From assembly GCA_000934665.2 (NCBI GenBank), contig JYFJ02000277.1:1-64000 (forward strand): DNA of 64,000 bases, read 5' to 3'. The stretch's first letter is position 1. Each line of letters opens with the position of its first letter. Position numbers and translations under genes: made by a program. The stretch is from Catajapyx aquilonaris (taxonomy: Eukaryota). Below, piece after piece: positions 50,876 to 63,611 of this stretch. A model generated the notes under the pieces. It was given only the letters and a program-made list of their open reading frames with translations. It did not search any database and had not been told where the DNA came from.

Positions 50876-53556
50876 ATGGGTTTCGTCAAGGTGGTCAAGA
50901 ACCGGGCATACTTCAGCCGGTTCCAGGTGAGACGGGGAAGAAGGAAAAGAAAAAAGAAAAAAGAAAAGAGGGATGGAGGGCCTAGTCCTAGAAGAATGGC
51001 GATCAAGAAGTGTTCGAAACGATAGGAATGTTCCACTTTTATATCGGTTTGGGCCCCACCAGTCGCATCGTTTTTATTTGATTTCTGGTATGTGTCCGTA
51101 GCTGCAGGCTGGAGCGATATCAATGGGAGGATAACCCTCTGCCTTTATCCATGTCGCAGCATATTCAGTTACGTTTATTAGGAAGAAGCCAAAGCAACTA
51201 TGGAGACAGAAACTGAGAGAAAATGCTGCATGTATTTATCACATATGTAATGGCAGTGTAATTATGTAAAGTGCAAAGTCCAGATATTACACAGGAGGAA
51301 GTTGACCCTTGATTTTTATCTGAATGCGTTTTATTGTGGGCTACACATGTTGCGAGTTACTCGGCCGCCTGCGAAGTAGGCTACTCTCCGCACTGCGGGG
51401 CTGAGTAACTCGCTACGTGTATACCAAGATTAACACTAGGTGTCTGATAATTCCTCGGTTTCCACGTGTGTTAAAGCAGCCTGATCTGGAGCAAAATTAT
51501 GGCCAGTCAGCCATGATGTGCTGCATCGTTCAATGGGATATTCACTAAGGTAGTTCGTGGGTAGTCCGTGTACGCAGAAAATGTAAGTGAATAACCCCTC
51601 GGCCTCGTCGGTTGCCTTTTTTTTTGTTTATTAGGCTGGCGAACAGGTGCATTCTGTGGCATGCTAGTGAACGAGGTTAACTAGGGGCGAGTGTAAATAG
51701 GGTTTTGTACAAGTTTGCATTGGTCTGAGTTTTCACTTTCCTCCCGCTATAAAGATTCATCAGCAGGATAATTAGAGGTCACTGACTTGTGGACTGCTTT
51801 TAGCCCCCCCTTCTCTTCCCCCTCCACCTGCTAATACTCCCCTCAGGGCAGTCCATCCCCCTCCTCTCTGTGACCTTCACCAGCACAACCCTTCTATAAT
51901 CAGTGGAGACTGGATTAGAAGATTATTTCCGGTTTTTCCTTCTATTTGAAGTTTCAAGACAACTGACAAACTAATATTTGCTCTAGTCAAGGATTCCTTG
52001 TTTGTAGAGCGAATCAATCACTCAGCATTATTTGTAGAGACTAAAGGCCCATTTACACGATGGTGGCCCTAATGGAAGTAGGAACAATCAGCCAATCAGA
52101 TGCTCCCCGCTGCTACTTTCTAGCAGAATGGAACATTCTGATTGGCTTTTGTTAGGACCATTATCTTGTAAATGGGTCGTAAGATCCCAGCATTTTGGTG
52201 GGCATGCAATGATGACTCGTTACCTGATAAATTTAATGTGAAAGCACTATTTAGAGGTGAAAAGTGAGTGACTTTGGCACAATTGGCGATTTAAAGTCGT
52301 ATGGAAAAGGTACTACATACTTGCAAGCTCAGACAGCCAGATTTTCTTGAAACCAGACTCGTAGGTGGGGAAATGTTATTAAATTGGTCAAAGAGGCCAA
52401 AGTTTGACGAAAATTGACATTATTGAAAGCTTATTGAAGTTGACATCTTGTTTTTGATTGCAGGTGAAATTCCGTCGCCGTCGTGAGGGCAAGACTAACT
52501 ATGCCCAGCGTCGCCGCCTGATCACTCAAGACAAGAACAAGTATAACACCCCAAAGCATCGCTTGATTGTGCGCATCACAAACAAGGATATAATCTGCCA
52601 GATTGCCACCGCTACCATCCAAGGCGATCGAGTTCTTTGTGCCGCGTACAGCCATGAGCTGCCTAATTATGGAGTCAAGCTTGGGCTCACCAATTACTCA
52701 GCTGCCTACTGTACTGGTCTGCTACTTGCCAGGAGAATGCTCAAGAAGATTGGGTGAGTATACTTTTGAGGAATGATTTTTGGGACAATTTGACACAACG
52801 TTGACGTAGATCAAATAATGTGAAATTGTTCTCTCTTCAGTCTGGATGGGCTCTACAGCGGGTGCACCCTGACCGATGGCAGTGATTATACAGTAGAGAG
52901 CAATGATAAGGGTCCAGGAGCATTCAGGTGCTACCTGGATGTTGGTCTCTGCCGAACCACCACCGGGGCTCGCGTATTTGGAGCCTTGAAGGGTGCTTTG
53001 GACGGTGGGCTTGACATCCCCCACAGTGACAGCCGATTCCCTGGCTACAACAGTGAAGATAAGGTTAATATTTATTTTGAATTCCTGGTTGGCATGTTTA
53101 AAATTTCCGTGCCATAAATGGTAGTTTACTAAGTTAGGTCAAGGTTTGACAGGGTGCCTAATGTCATTTGATTCAATTCAGGAACTGAATGCGGAGGTGC
53201 ATCGCAAGCACATCTTTGGCGGCCACGTGTCAGACTACATGTCTCACCTTTTGCAAGAGGATGAAGAAGCATACAAGCGTCAGTTCTCCAAGTTCATTAA
53301 GCTTGGGATTGGGCCAGAAGACATCGAAGGGATATACAAAAAGGCGCACCAGTCCATCCGGGATGACCCCAACCCCAAGCCAAAGGAGAAGAAGGAGAGG
53401 CCCGAAGGAGAAAAGGTGGTCAAGAAGCGGTGGAACCGGAAGAGGATGACTCCTTCGGAGAGAAGAAACCGCATCAAGCAGAAGAAGGCTGCCTTTATGA
53501 AGAAGGTGGAGGCTGGCGAGATTGAGAGCCAAAGGAAGGAGTTGCATCCTAAATAG
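50876..53556 (+). CDS. RPL5: 60S ribosomal protein L5 (uL18), 312 aa; exons 50876-50926, 52464-52753, 52841-53063, 53182-53556
   Basis: [103 protein letters not shown] at ~53592. Confidence 0.98.
51339..51425. repeat. Short palindrome/MITE in RPL5 intron 1
   Basis: tacacatgttgcgagttactcggcc / ggctgagtaactcgctacgtgta. Confidence 0.65.
52045..52179. mobile_element. PIF/Harbinger-type MITE in RPL5 intron 1
   Basis: aggcccatttacacgat / atcttgtaaatgggtcg with TAA on both flanks; internal agccaatcaga / tctgattggct. Confidence 0.65.
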
Positions 53557-54097
53557 ATTTATGTATTGGGTTGCTAAGCCTCTGATGGCATAATAAAAGC
53601 AGGGAGGAATATTTGCTCTCTTCATGATGTTTTGGACCATATACTCAATATTTCAAACACTCCATTGTTACAGAAATAAAAGGGAATTATGGATCGATGC
53701 CCTTAATGTTAAGGTTCTCAGAGGAACAGCCCACCAACTGTTCGGCTGTCTTCGAGAGCTGCGACATTCAAACAGCCAGAGAACTAAGGACCACCGCACT
53801 GGAAGCTGACCATAGGTAATGCCCAAGTACTCAAAAAGATCAATAATATTGGAAACATTCTTGGTTCCAAGAAATAAGGAGATTTTTTCCCCTCCACTTT
53901 ATTTAGAGCACCTTGGTACAAAAACAAATTAGTGTGTCCGCTGAATAACAAACAACTCGAAAGAAATACCTTGACAAATTAAGTACCCCCATAGCGTAAT
54001 ACATAAGCTTGGTTGCAGAATCCACACGAAAAGTAATGCACTGGGAAATTTAAATTATTGTAACTTCCTAATCCTACCAATTATAACTTAGCACACG

Positions 54098-55807
54098 TCA
54101 CTTATTCTGGCTGTGTGTAATGGAATGGAGACGCAATCGTATTTGACTGAGGAATGACTTCGAGCATGTCTTGCACTTGTACTGTGCTTTGCAAGATTGT
54201 AACATACAAACATGATTTCTCAGTGCAACTAGTGATTCAAAAGTCACAGAGCAATTCTTGCACTGAATATCACTCTTGGCGTGCAAAATGGCGTGATTTG
54301 CAAGCTCAGACGGCGTGCTAAAACCGCACGGGCACATGGTACACACAAATTCTCCGACCATATGGGTCTTTATGTGACGTAGTTTTTCAGGCTCGGTAGC
54401 GAATGATTGCGTGCAATATTCACAAGAAAAGGGCTTGTCCTCGGCCTGCAATGGACCCACCCTTCTTGCAGGCTTCCCACGCGATTCAGAATCATTTACA
54501 CCATTACACTTGTGTCGGTTTAGCTCTGAGCGAGTTATGTATGACTTGCCACAAAGCATGCAACAAAATGGCCTCTCTCCAGTGTGTGTTTTGGTATGGT
54601 TATTTCTTTCCCACTTGGTCACAAACCTCGTTTTACAAAACCCACATTCAAATGGCTTTTCACCAGTATGGCGCATCATATGTTCTGCCAGACGGGATTT
54701 GTTCATGCCACTCTGACCGCAATACTTGCAATGTAATAAACTTTTGTGCGACTTGACATGTATAAGAAGCTCAGATCTGCTTAAAAAAGCCTCGGGGCAT
54801 GATCCACAAGGATATTTCTTGCCATTATGCGATTTCATGTGATGGACTTTTTCCAAGGCGGTCTTGAATCGCAATGGGCAGTTCTTGCATGTGAATGGAT
54901 ACTCTTCGTCATGCACTTTTTTATGCTCAGATAGTTGTACGAGAGTTGTAAATTCCTTTTTGCAATAGCAACACTTGTTAAGTTTAACTGATTCAAGTTT
55001 AGCCTGCTTTTGTACGTTACCCTTGGCATGAGTTAACAAATGCCTCACAAGTCCCTGCTGGCTTGCATATGTTGCAGAACAAAACTTACACTTAAATGGC
55101 CTGTCACCTGTCTGGATTACCTTGTGCATAGGAAGCTGTGCACCTGTACTACATACCGGTCTTGCCCTATTGATGCCATCATGTGCATCCTTTATATGAG
55201 AAAGCAAATTGCCTGACGTCGCAAATTTCTTGCCACAGAATTTGCAAGAAAGAGACGTCTCCGAAGAAATTTGACTTGAAACCTGTGCTTCTTGTTGAAC
55301 ATCTGACTCTTTTTCGTGACCCATAATGTGTAAAAGCAATGCTTCTTGCGTTGCAAAGCCCTTCACACATAATTCACACTGGGTAGGGGCTTTTCTAGAG
55401 TGCACTGACATGTGTTTCATAAGCCCGTAATACGATGTGAATGTTTCAGAACATAACTGGCAAGTGTTTTCTGCTTCATAAGTCTCCGGACTTGTTTCAG
55501 TGCTGTTGAGAGGGTCGTCTTCCACATCAATAATAATTGGGACTACTTCATCCGCGCCCTTGTTTTCTACCTTAACACATTTCGAAGTCTCCTTCTTTAT
55601 TGTCAGCCTCCACACATCTTCAGGAACGCCCCCCTCTCGAGTTGTTGTGTCCTTTCGATGCTGTGTATTCCACACATCTTCTGGCATGTCTTCATCCAGA
55701 AATGGGGTGTTCATGTCAGCATCTTCACGCTGATAGGCCTTGCAGTCTTCCACTTTCACATTTGCCTTCCAACATTCCTCCACCGTGACAGCCTCAATTT
55801 CAGCCAT
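54098..55807 (-). CDS. Multi-finger C2H2 zinc-finger protein (~14 fingers)
   Basis: Single long coding exon after a polyT-AG acceptor (~55835); HTGEKPF/HTGERPF linkers; first ATG at 55807. Confidence 0.92.
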   Translation of the reverse strand: MAEIEAVTVEECWKANVKVEDCKAYQREDADMNTPFLDEDMPEDVWNTQHRKDTTTREGGVPEDVWRLTIKKETSKCVKVENKGADEVVPIIIDVEDDPLNSTETSPETYEAENTCQLCSETFTSYYGLMKHMSVHSRKAPTQCELCVKGFATQEALLLHIMGHEKESDVQQEAQVSSQISSETSLSCKFCGKKFATSGNLLSHIKDAHDGINRARPVCSTGAQLPMHKVIQTGDRPFKCKFCSATYASQQGLVRHLLTHAKGNVQKQAKLESVKLNKCCYCKKEFTTLVQLSEHKKVHDEEYPFTCKNCPLRFKTALEKVHHMKSHNGKKYPCGSCPEAFLSRSELLIHVKSHKSLLHCKYCGQSGMNKSRLAEHMMRHTGEKPFECGFCKTRFVTKWERNNHTKTHTGERPFCCMLCGKSYITRSELNRHKCNGVNDSESRGKPARRVGPLQAEDKPFSCEYCTQSFATEPEKLRHIKTHMVGEFVCTMCPCGFSTPSELANHAILHAKSDIQCKNCSVTFESLVALRNHVCMLQSCKAQYKCKTCSKSFLSQIRLRLHSITHSQNK

Positions 55808-56849
55808 CTTGCTCAGCACTCAAATCCTCGTCACCTAAAAAAAAATCAATGTATAAATGCAGGAATGTACTAGCTACCCTGGATTACATACAATGGTATC
55901 AAATTATGAGTTATGCATGTCGCATAACATATTCATCAACCATTTTGTAGTGAACTTCAGATGGAAAGTGACATCCAGCCCCTGTCGCTGATCAAATCAT
56001 CTCATTCCCTGGAGCCATCAGCCATTGTACTTTGAAGATAATCAACCACGTATAAGTCTTAAAAGGTTTCAACAATGAGTTATTATCATGTCAAGTAAAA
56101 TGCATTGCATTGTTTCAAGAAAAGCATTGTTCTCCATACCAGGCAACAGCAGCCCTGCTCAAATGCAACCCATGCCATCATCTTCCAGCCATGCAATCCC
56201 CCTTTTGCCTCGCAACCTCGTCCTCTCGACGCAGCCTGGCAGAAAGATAACTGCCAAAAAAATTATTATTGACAATATGACGACATAATTGTTGCCTGGT
56301 TATCGGCGGCCATCTTGGGTGCGTTCGGGTGGATGACTCCTCAGCAATACTTTTGAAGCGTTGCCAACAGCTCGCATCCACTTGCCTGTTGGCAACACTG
56401 TGTTTGTAATATACAGGGTGACCCAAAACTCCAGGTATTGTAATAATTGTTGATTGCCAGGTTGCCAGTTGTCATCCAACAATACAATTACCTACATGTC
56501 ATCATATTGATTTTTGGGAGAAATTGTTATAAATAAATTAAATCTCTTATTAAGCCGTGTACCTAGAAATGGTACCATATATACTTACTCTTGACCCTTG
56601 ACTAATTACGGTTAAACAATAGGTGTACGGTACACATCAAATGAATTCATGTGATCTGTGGAAAGTCGGAACATTTTCAACATCCTTGGAAAACCTGAAA
56701 ATTGTATGAAATGATACTAGTTTTCACAATGGATTCATTTATTTCATTGCGTCACACCATTTATTTCCGACATCTGTATGTGTTCCCTTATAACTGACAA
56801 AAATGAAAACTTCCGTTTGCAAACAACAGACATAGTAGTACACAATTTC

Positions 56850-57803
56850 CTTCCTGCGTGAGCTACTTTGCGCTCCTGGGCTGTTCTACGCCTTACTATG
56901 AAGAAACTGCTTAACAAATTAGTCTTGTTCTCCTGATTTCCATGTCATGTCATCAGCATCAAATACCTTAACTACACCTTTTGTTTTGATTTTGTTACTT
57001 ACTGACATGTGCTGTAGTAGGTAAAATATTTTAGGGCACATTATTGGGCACTTGAAATGTTCATCTGCTTTCTACTCCTTGCTTTGGCAGTAACTTTCTT
57101 ATTAACTTCACTTTTTTTTGACAATGTGTCCCCCTCCAACACTAATATAACTGCTGGTGCTTCTGCCTTCTTTTGAGCTTTGGATATAGTGCCTGGAACA
57201 AGTCTCATCCACAGTTCATGAAGAGTAATTGTAAACATTTTCAGAACTGGCAGGCCCTATTTGTGACGCGTCCAATTCTTCTGCTTTGACAAAAAGTGAA
57301 AAGTTTGACCTTCTGTTTTGTCTTCACACATGTCATGAAATCAAGTAATAATTCCTTAATTATTACAGTATATATTTGTGTTATCTGTACTATTAATCAC
57401 AAAAGTAATGTCGCACTGTTATGTGATGGCGTCATCGACTTGTTGTTTATCATGGGCGCTGCTGAGTTACGGTGTTAATTTGGCAATATTCTGGAATCCA
57501 CAACCCATGCTAAACAACAAGTCACGGACACCATCACATAACAGTGGGACATTACTCTTGGGGTCATTAGTACAGTAATATTAACTTCTTCCTTTATTCA
57601 GAAGGAGCAGTGGCAAACATTTTCACACCTGGTAGGCTCTACTTGCAAAGTGTCCAGTTCTTCTGTCTTTACCAGCAAGCGATGAGGATAATCTTCTGTT
57701 CTCCCTTCAAACATGTCAACCCAAGCTAGTGGTTTTTCCTTAATATCTATATTATGAATATTTCTCTTGTAATTAACGTATCAGGATTCCATAAAGCCAA
57801 CCA
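56850..57803 (-). pseudogene. Possible decayed ZF-type gene N-terminal exon, internally duplicated and MITE-interrupted
   Basis: Minus-strand peptide DIKEKPLAWVDMFEGRTEDYPHRLLVKTEELDTLQVEP..*IKEEV with a second diverged copy (VKAEELDASQIGP); multiple stops; no fingers recognised. Confidence 0.35.
57385..57575. mobile_element. MITE with ~75-bp imperfect TIRs
   Basis: agtaatgtcgcactgttatgtgatggcgtc..gacttgttgttta / taaacaacaagtc..gacaccatcacataacagtgggacattact. Confidence 0.75.
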
Positions 57804-58866
57804 CTGAACAAACTTGAAAAAAATAATAGTCAGAGCATTGTACAACAAAAGTAATCATGCATGACTTTTACACGTTATACTGGCTGGTGTGAGGAAAAAG
57901 AGCAGTAGTTACACTGCAAGGTTGGCTTAACCTGCATAAATTAAGGTCAGTAACGTCAGTTGAATATTCAGATAATGTGAAGTCTAGTTAATCAATAAGG
58001 GGCTGTAACTAATCATGCGTAAGGCACACTAAAACTACAATAAGCCCACAAGCAGAGATGGTGCTTAACCCTACACCATGCGCCAAAGCCACATCCGAAT
58101 TCACACCTTGCTCGTGCCTGCAGCCTGAAGACGCAGTCTGAAGCGTTCATAAAATACAACCAGTTCAGTGCAAAGCTGCAGCAGGTCTTGTCCTCATCGC
58201 CGCCATCTTGGAGTTGCATTCGGACGGCTGTTCATTCCATTCGATTCCGGTGAGTGGCGCCGCCAGTGGCCGGAAAGCAAGTTTCACTACTGTATCATTG
58301 AGAGTGTACGGTTTGGATCTATTGAATTAATTGAAACAAGACTTGCAGACCTTTATTGGCTTTTCGATGCTACTTTTATGCCAACATTCCAACATGCCCA
58401 ACAACAAATATTGAGAAATATTGGCGCCTATTTTTTAATGACAGAACTGCGATTCAAATGAACCAATCCGGAGGAGCTTATACTAACAACAGCCAATAGA
58501 AAGCGCCGATTCGGATCACGTGTCCATAAGTTACGTCACATCTGGTTATGATTCAACAAAAAACAATATTTAATATTAATGTGGCATTTGTATTAATTAT
58601 TTCGTTTCTATTTTTAATTTGGCATGCATTAATTGGTTAATTTCGTGAGTGTCGTAATAGTTGCGTCATCTGGTGGAACATTTTACAGTATGTAACTGTC
58701 TTTAAAAAAAAAAAAAAAAAAAGCTAGGAACCGCTAGGAACACAGTGGAACACGCTTCGTTCTTTTTCCGGCTGTGACCTCGCTGTGACCTAGCTGACCT
58801 CAGTGTTCGTGTCCGGGTCAGTGTGTGTTCCGTAAGGCCTTTCTGGCGATATAGGACGAGGCGGCG

Positions 58867-61800
58867 ATGGAGGCCGACAACATGGACGCCGAACAGCCGG
58901 AGCTCCAGGCTGCAGCAGGTTAGTTCGTCTGGATCAAGGCCGTGCATAGTGCGCGATGAAAATTTTTCTATCATTTTGTAGCACCTCCGGGCACCTCAAG
59001 TTTAAAAAAAAAAAACCCTCCCAAGTTTATGTAAATCATCATGTGTGTCGCCTTGTATTACTTCCTTTCAGTTGCCGGGGAGCAAGGAATAATGGCTTCG
59101 GATGATTTACTCAAGGTTTTGGAGATGAAGAACTCAGAAATTGAATTCCTTGTTGCTAAAGTTAGTCAGCTTGAATCATCTATTCAGGTGTACCAAGCGG
59201 AATCTGAGGAAGCAAAAGAAGACCTTGCAAGGTAACATAATTATCCAAACATCACTCATCCAAGCCAAGCAAGAGCTAATGCTCCAAGTTATATGTGTGT
59301 ACCAGCTCTTTGGTGTGTACTGTGCCTCTTTTGTATAGACTATAATATAGTCTATACAAAAGAGGCACAGCAGTACACACCAAAGAGCTGGTATACACGG
59401 TTAGCTGGTTATGCGGAATAATGTTTGAATTTGGTTAAGCATAGACACCTAAAAAATAACTGAATTATTGGTAATAATGCATAAATTTGGCTAGAGTAAA
59501 TGCCCCTTTTTGGGCTCCAGAGACGATCAAAGTTATTGTTATGAAAATGCCTATATGCCATAAACTTATTGGTCATGTGCGTGCTATAGCTTTGAACTTT
59601 CCTGCCACATGCCTCTGCAGTCTGGAAAAGAGATGGGGCAATGGCAGCAGGAGAGTGTGAAAGTTGCCAAATGAGATTCTCTTATTGCAACATTTTGTGG
59701 CCTCTGGTGCCAACGGACCTCTTCCTGACCATGCATCCTCCTCCCACCCAGCAAGAGCATGTTTCAATCCATTTCAATAACATTGTACTTGTTATAATCT
59801 AAATATGTACTGCTGGAGAAGGTAGTAATACTTTCCCTCCACAACTCATTGTTAAATCTTGTGCAAAAGGTACAGACAGTATGCACAGTGACTGTATTAT
59901 AATGTTTCTTGACATTATCATACATGTTTTATTACTAGGTTCTAGTTCAATAACTGCTGTATTCCCCAGGTGCAATGAAGAGATCAGTACCCTTAGAAGT
60001 GATAAGGAAGCAATCCAGTGTGAATGCCAGTCACTACAAGCAGTGATAACGAAGAACCAAATGGAAGCAGACGATGTGGTAGATGCTGCTCTAATACAGC
60101 TTCCGGTAAAACTTGTAAAGTTCTTACTGAAGGAAGGGAAGGAAGTAATGTCTACAGTTAGAATATGCTGTCTTTTATACATACCCGGTTATATGGTAGA
60201 ACCTGATGTGTTTGTCCTGATATATTTAATTAATTAATTAATATATTTAATTAAATGATTTCATGGTGTTCTTATATATGCTTTCCAGGTAGAAGAGTTG
60301 CGAGAATCAGGCCGATCTGAAAACCACCGCATGTGGAAGCTAGAGAATGAGATACTTAAGTGTCGCTGTCAGACTTTGGAAAAAGACCTGTCCGACAGAG
60401 CCGCTGAAGTTGTGATCATCCAGCGAGAATCAAACTCAAAGTTGTGTGCTCTGCAGGGAGCTCTCGATGAGACAACTGCTAAGGTCGTCTACTGTTGTCA
60501 TATTTATTACTCGTATTATACTGTACTAATCTTTAAAATGTTACTATATTACCCACCTTTAACTGCATGTTAGCTGGTAAAAATTGGAATGAGAAAAGTT
60601 TAATTTACATGTCTGTTACGAACATGTAACTTTTGTAAAACTATAAAGCTTGGCTGAGTTTCATGAGACTTATACCCTTAGAGTTTGTGTAGACGTTTTA
60701 TTATGTGCATCACTTGTAATGTATTAGCCTGGTCTCCAAAGCTCTGGATTATAAGTCTACCCAATTGCAGCTGGAGGTGTGTGAAAAGACATGCTGCACA
60801 CTGGAGTTAAACGTGCGAAAGAGCCATGAGGACTCTCACCAAGGGATAGAACAAATGAATGAGTTGCGTTGCTCTGCAGCCCAAGCCGTGGCAGACGTAC
60901 GCAAGGAGCTTCTTTTACAAATCCAACAAACTGTTCTGTATAGGGAGTCTGCAGAAGGATTGCAAGAGAGGGTGCAGAACCTGACTGATGAACTTGAGCA
61001 ATTACAATCAAAGTTGAACGAAGTGACTATTGAGAATGATAATAATGCCCAAGAAATGTTTGACAACCTGGAACAGTGTCAGAAAACCTTACAGGAGAGA
61101 GATGGCACCATAAAATATTTGTGGACTGAGTTGTCTGCAATCACAAATGCATTCGACGGACTCCAGCCTAGTGGTACAGCCTGTTTTGATCCTTTGTTTA
61201 ACAAAAGGTTATATTGCAAGAAGCTAGGGAAAATTGTTAAATTTTTAGTTACATTTGATTTTAAATAGATGTGTTACGATATATGATTAAGGCCATACTT
61301 GACCAATCTAGGTGGATGATCTAATGAAGAGTTAAGCAATGTTAATTATTATTGGCAGCAATGAGTAAATTTCATCAAATTCTGGGTAGATCATTTAACT
61401 TCAGTGATGAACTTGGCTTAAGTCATGTTGGTGCTGGGTAATCATATTCTCTTTGGAACTGTTCTCTTACACGTTCAGTTTGTGCATTATATTACAGTTG
61501 AATCCGGATATAACAGACTTCAAGGGACCGCAAAAATCTGTTATAACCTAGGTCTGTATTATAGCCAGATACACAAGCCATATAATTATGGAAGTTTGTC
61601 GGGACCGGCTTGTCGAGTCTGTTATAGCCGAGGCTGTTATATCCGGTTTCAAGCTAAGAAAAAAGTGATTTTTTTTCTTATACTGTAATAGCTCCTCTTT
61701 TTAGAGAAATTTGAGTTTAAGATTGATTTAGGCAAATTGTACTGTATCCTCTGAACAGCAACAACAAGGGAGAGGAGGTAAAATTGGCACATTATTATTG

Positions 61801-63300
61801 CAGACACTCAACCAAGAAATGCATGTTAACATGCCACTATTGCACCTGTAGTACCTCCCTGCTATTTTTGGTTCCTAATATTGTACTACATGAGAAATTT
61901 TATGCTGCAGATTCTGAGGAGGCAAGTGAAGACACTGCACATGATACATCAGTTGAAACAGCAACTGTGATGATTCAGGCTGGATGGTCACGTGGGCTAG
62001 TGTACGCTCAATTCATCAGTGTTTCTAACCAGCTGCAAAAGGAAAAAGAAGCAAATATAAGGCTTCATAACAACCTGAATGCCCTCATTAATGTGAGTTC
62101 ATAGCCTATATTTTCATGACGTTTTAAAGAGGACATTGAAATTCAAGTTTACATAAGTTATGGGAAAAATTTTATACATCCTTTTTGCATTTTAGAGGGA
62201 AGTGTATGCTTATGCAGTGTAAATTTTTCATGTGTGGAATATGGAATAAAATAAATTAATGCTTAAATAAGTACTGAGTGGCATGGTATTGCCAATTTGC
62301 AAAAATTTCAACAGCATAAGGAGAGAATATTTTATTGCGTGGGTGATAAAAAGGTAATATGCAGTGATCGTAATCCTGCACAATTTTAATAGGAAAGATT
62401 GTGAAAGTGGGGCTGGAGGATGTGGTAAGCAATAAGTAGCCAATCTACCCAGTAGTTCATCGAACAAAATTTTGCTGTTCATTGCCATTGCCCTCCGAAC
62501 ATTCAATGAACTCTCTTCGGTTGCAATTTTTTACATTTAAAAACTTGTTTGTTGAATTTTGATTGCTCGATTTTAAAACATATCCATGGACTGAAGAGAA
62601 TAGAAACACATTGGCCAAAAATCATTATTATTATTATTTTATTTCTTTTAGGCCCTCCATAATGTACTCCGTGCATAATCACTAATGTCACATTATATGT
62701 CATAACTTGAACTATTTTTGATGTCTGTGCTATGAAAGGTCAAACACAAACTTTTTTTCTTTTTACTCATATGCATTTATTCCTTTTTTAAAATTTTATT
62801 CCCCTTGTGGCACACTTCAACTGATCATTTTAAGCATGTTATTTTTACTTTTACATAATTTTTAGGCTTAGCACTATTGCATATTTAATGTATGATCATG
62901 TGAACATATATTTTAAGGCTTTTTTATATGCACTAGCAAATGAAGAAAGCCTGTGATTTACTTTATGGATGAGGTCTGAAATTGAACCTGTCATATTAGT
63001 AAGGTGTAACTGTAACAACTCGTCATAACAATACTAACTTGGTTCTTTTTTTGTATTCATGAACAGGAAATAGAAAAAAGTGCTCCTGCTTTAAAGGAAC
63101 AGCATGCAGCCTACTACGAGTCGCAGGAGAAGATAGCTGAGATTACTTCATTGCTGGAAAAAGCAAATAAAGAAAATAGCATACTGCTTGCAGAGAAACA
63201 GAAACATGAGGCTGAAAAAGCAACACTGGAGCAAAGCAATCAGGATCTTTCTTCACAGGTGCAAACACTCCTTCAGGAAGTAGAAAATTTGAACAAAAAG
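58867..63300 (+). CDS. Nucleoprotein TPR/Megator-like coiled-coil protein, 5' part; exons 58867-58918, 59072-59231, 59970-60105, 60289-60483, 60771-61173, 61911-62092, 63067-63300; probably continues beyond the window
   Basis: Frame-consistent exons; segments KLENEIL..LEKDL..QRESNSK..LQ..L, EL....LYRESAE, VYAQF.....LQKEK.AN.RL...L..LI|EIEKSAPALKEQ...Y and DLSSQVQTLL.EVE follow the order of the TPR N-terminal coiled coil. Confidence 0.75.
59295..59398. repeat. Near-perfect ~104-bp palindrome in intron
   Basis: taccagctctttggtgtgtactg.tgcctcttttgtatagactata-a-tatagtctatacaaaagaggca..cagtacacaccaaagagctggta. Confidence 0.9.
61495..61655. mobile_element. Tigger/pogo-type MITE
   Basis: TA|cagttgaatccggatataacag ... 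ctgttatatccggtttcaa; internal gggacc and tctgttata repeats. Confidence 0.7.
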
Positions 63301-63611
63301 GTCGTCTGTGAGCAGCTGTATCCTCCTGAATTCAGCATATCTTTTTATACGCCTTCTCAGGTACATACTTTTATTTCTCAGCATATTTTGTGTAGTACAG
63401 TATGCATGTGGTGCAGTGGCATTTGTAGTGGCTTGAAGTTTAGGCCAGGGAAAAGGGAATGGTGCAGTTGAGAGAAGGAGGAAAAAGCGAGCTTTTTTCC
63501 CCATAAGAAAACATGTGCTCCATTGTAAGAGCCATCTGCAGTGGCCAGAATGCTGAACTGTTTCCTTCTTTTCAAACGATGTGTTATACTGTATTGTGTG
63601 TCGTAACTATA

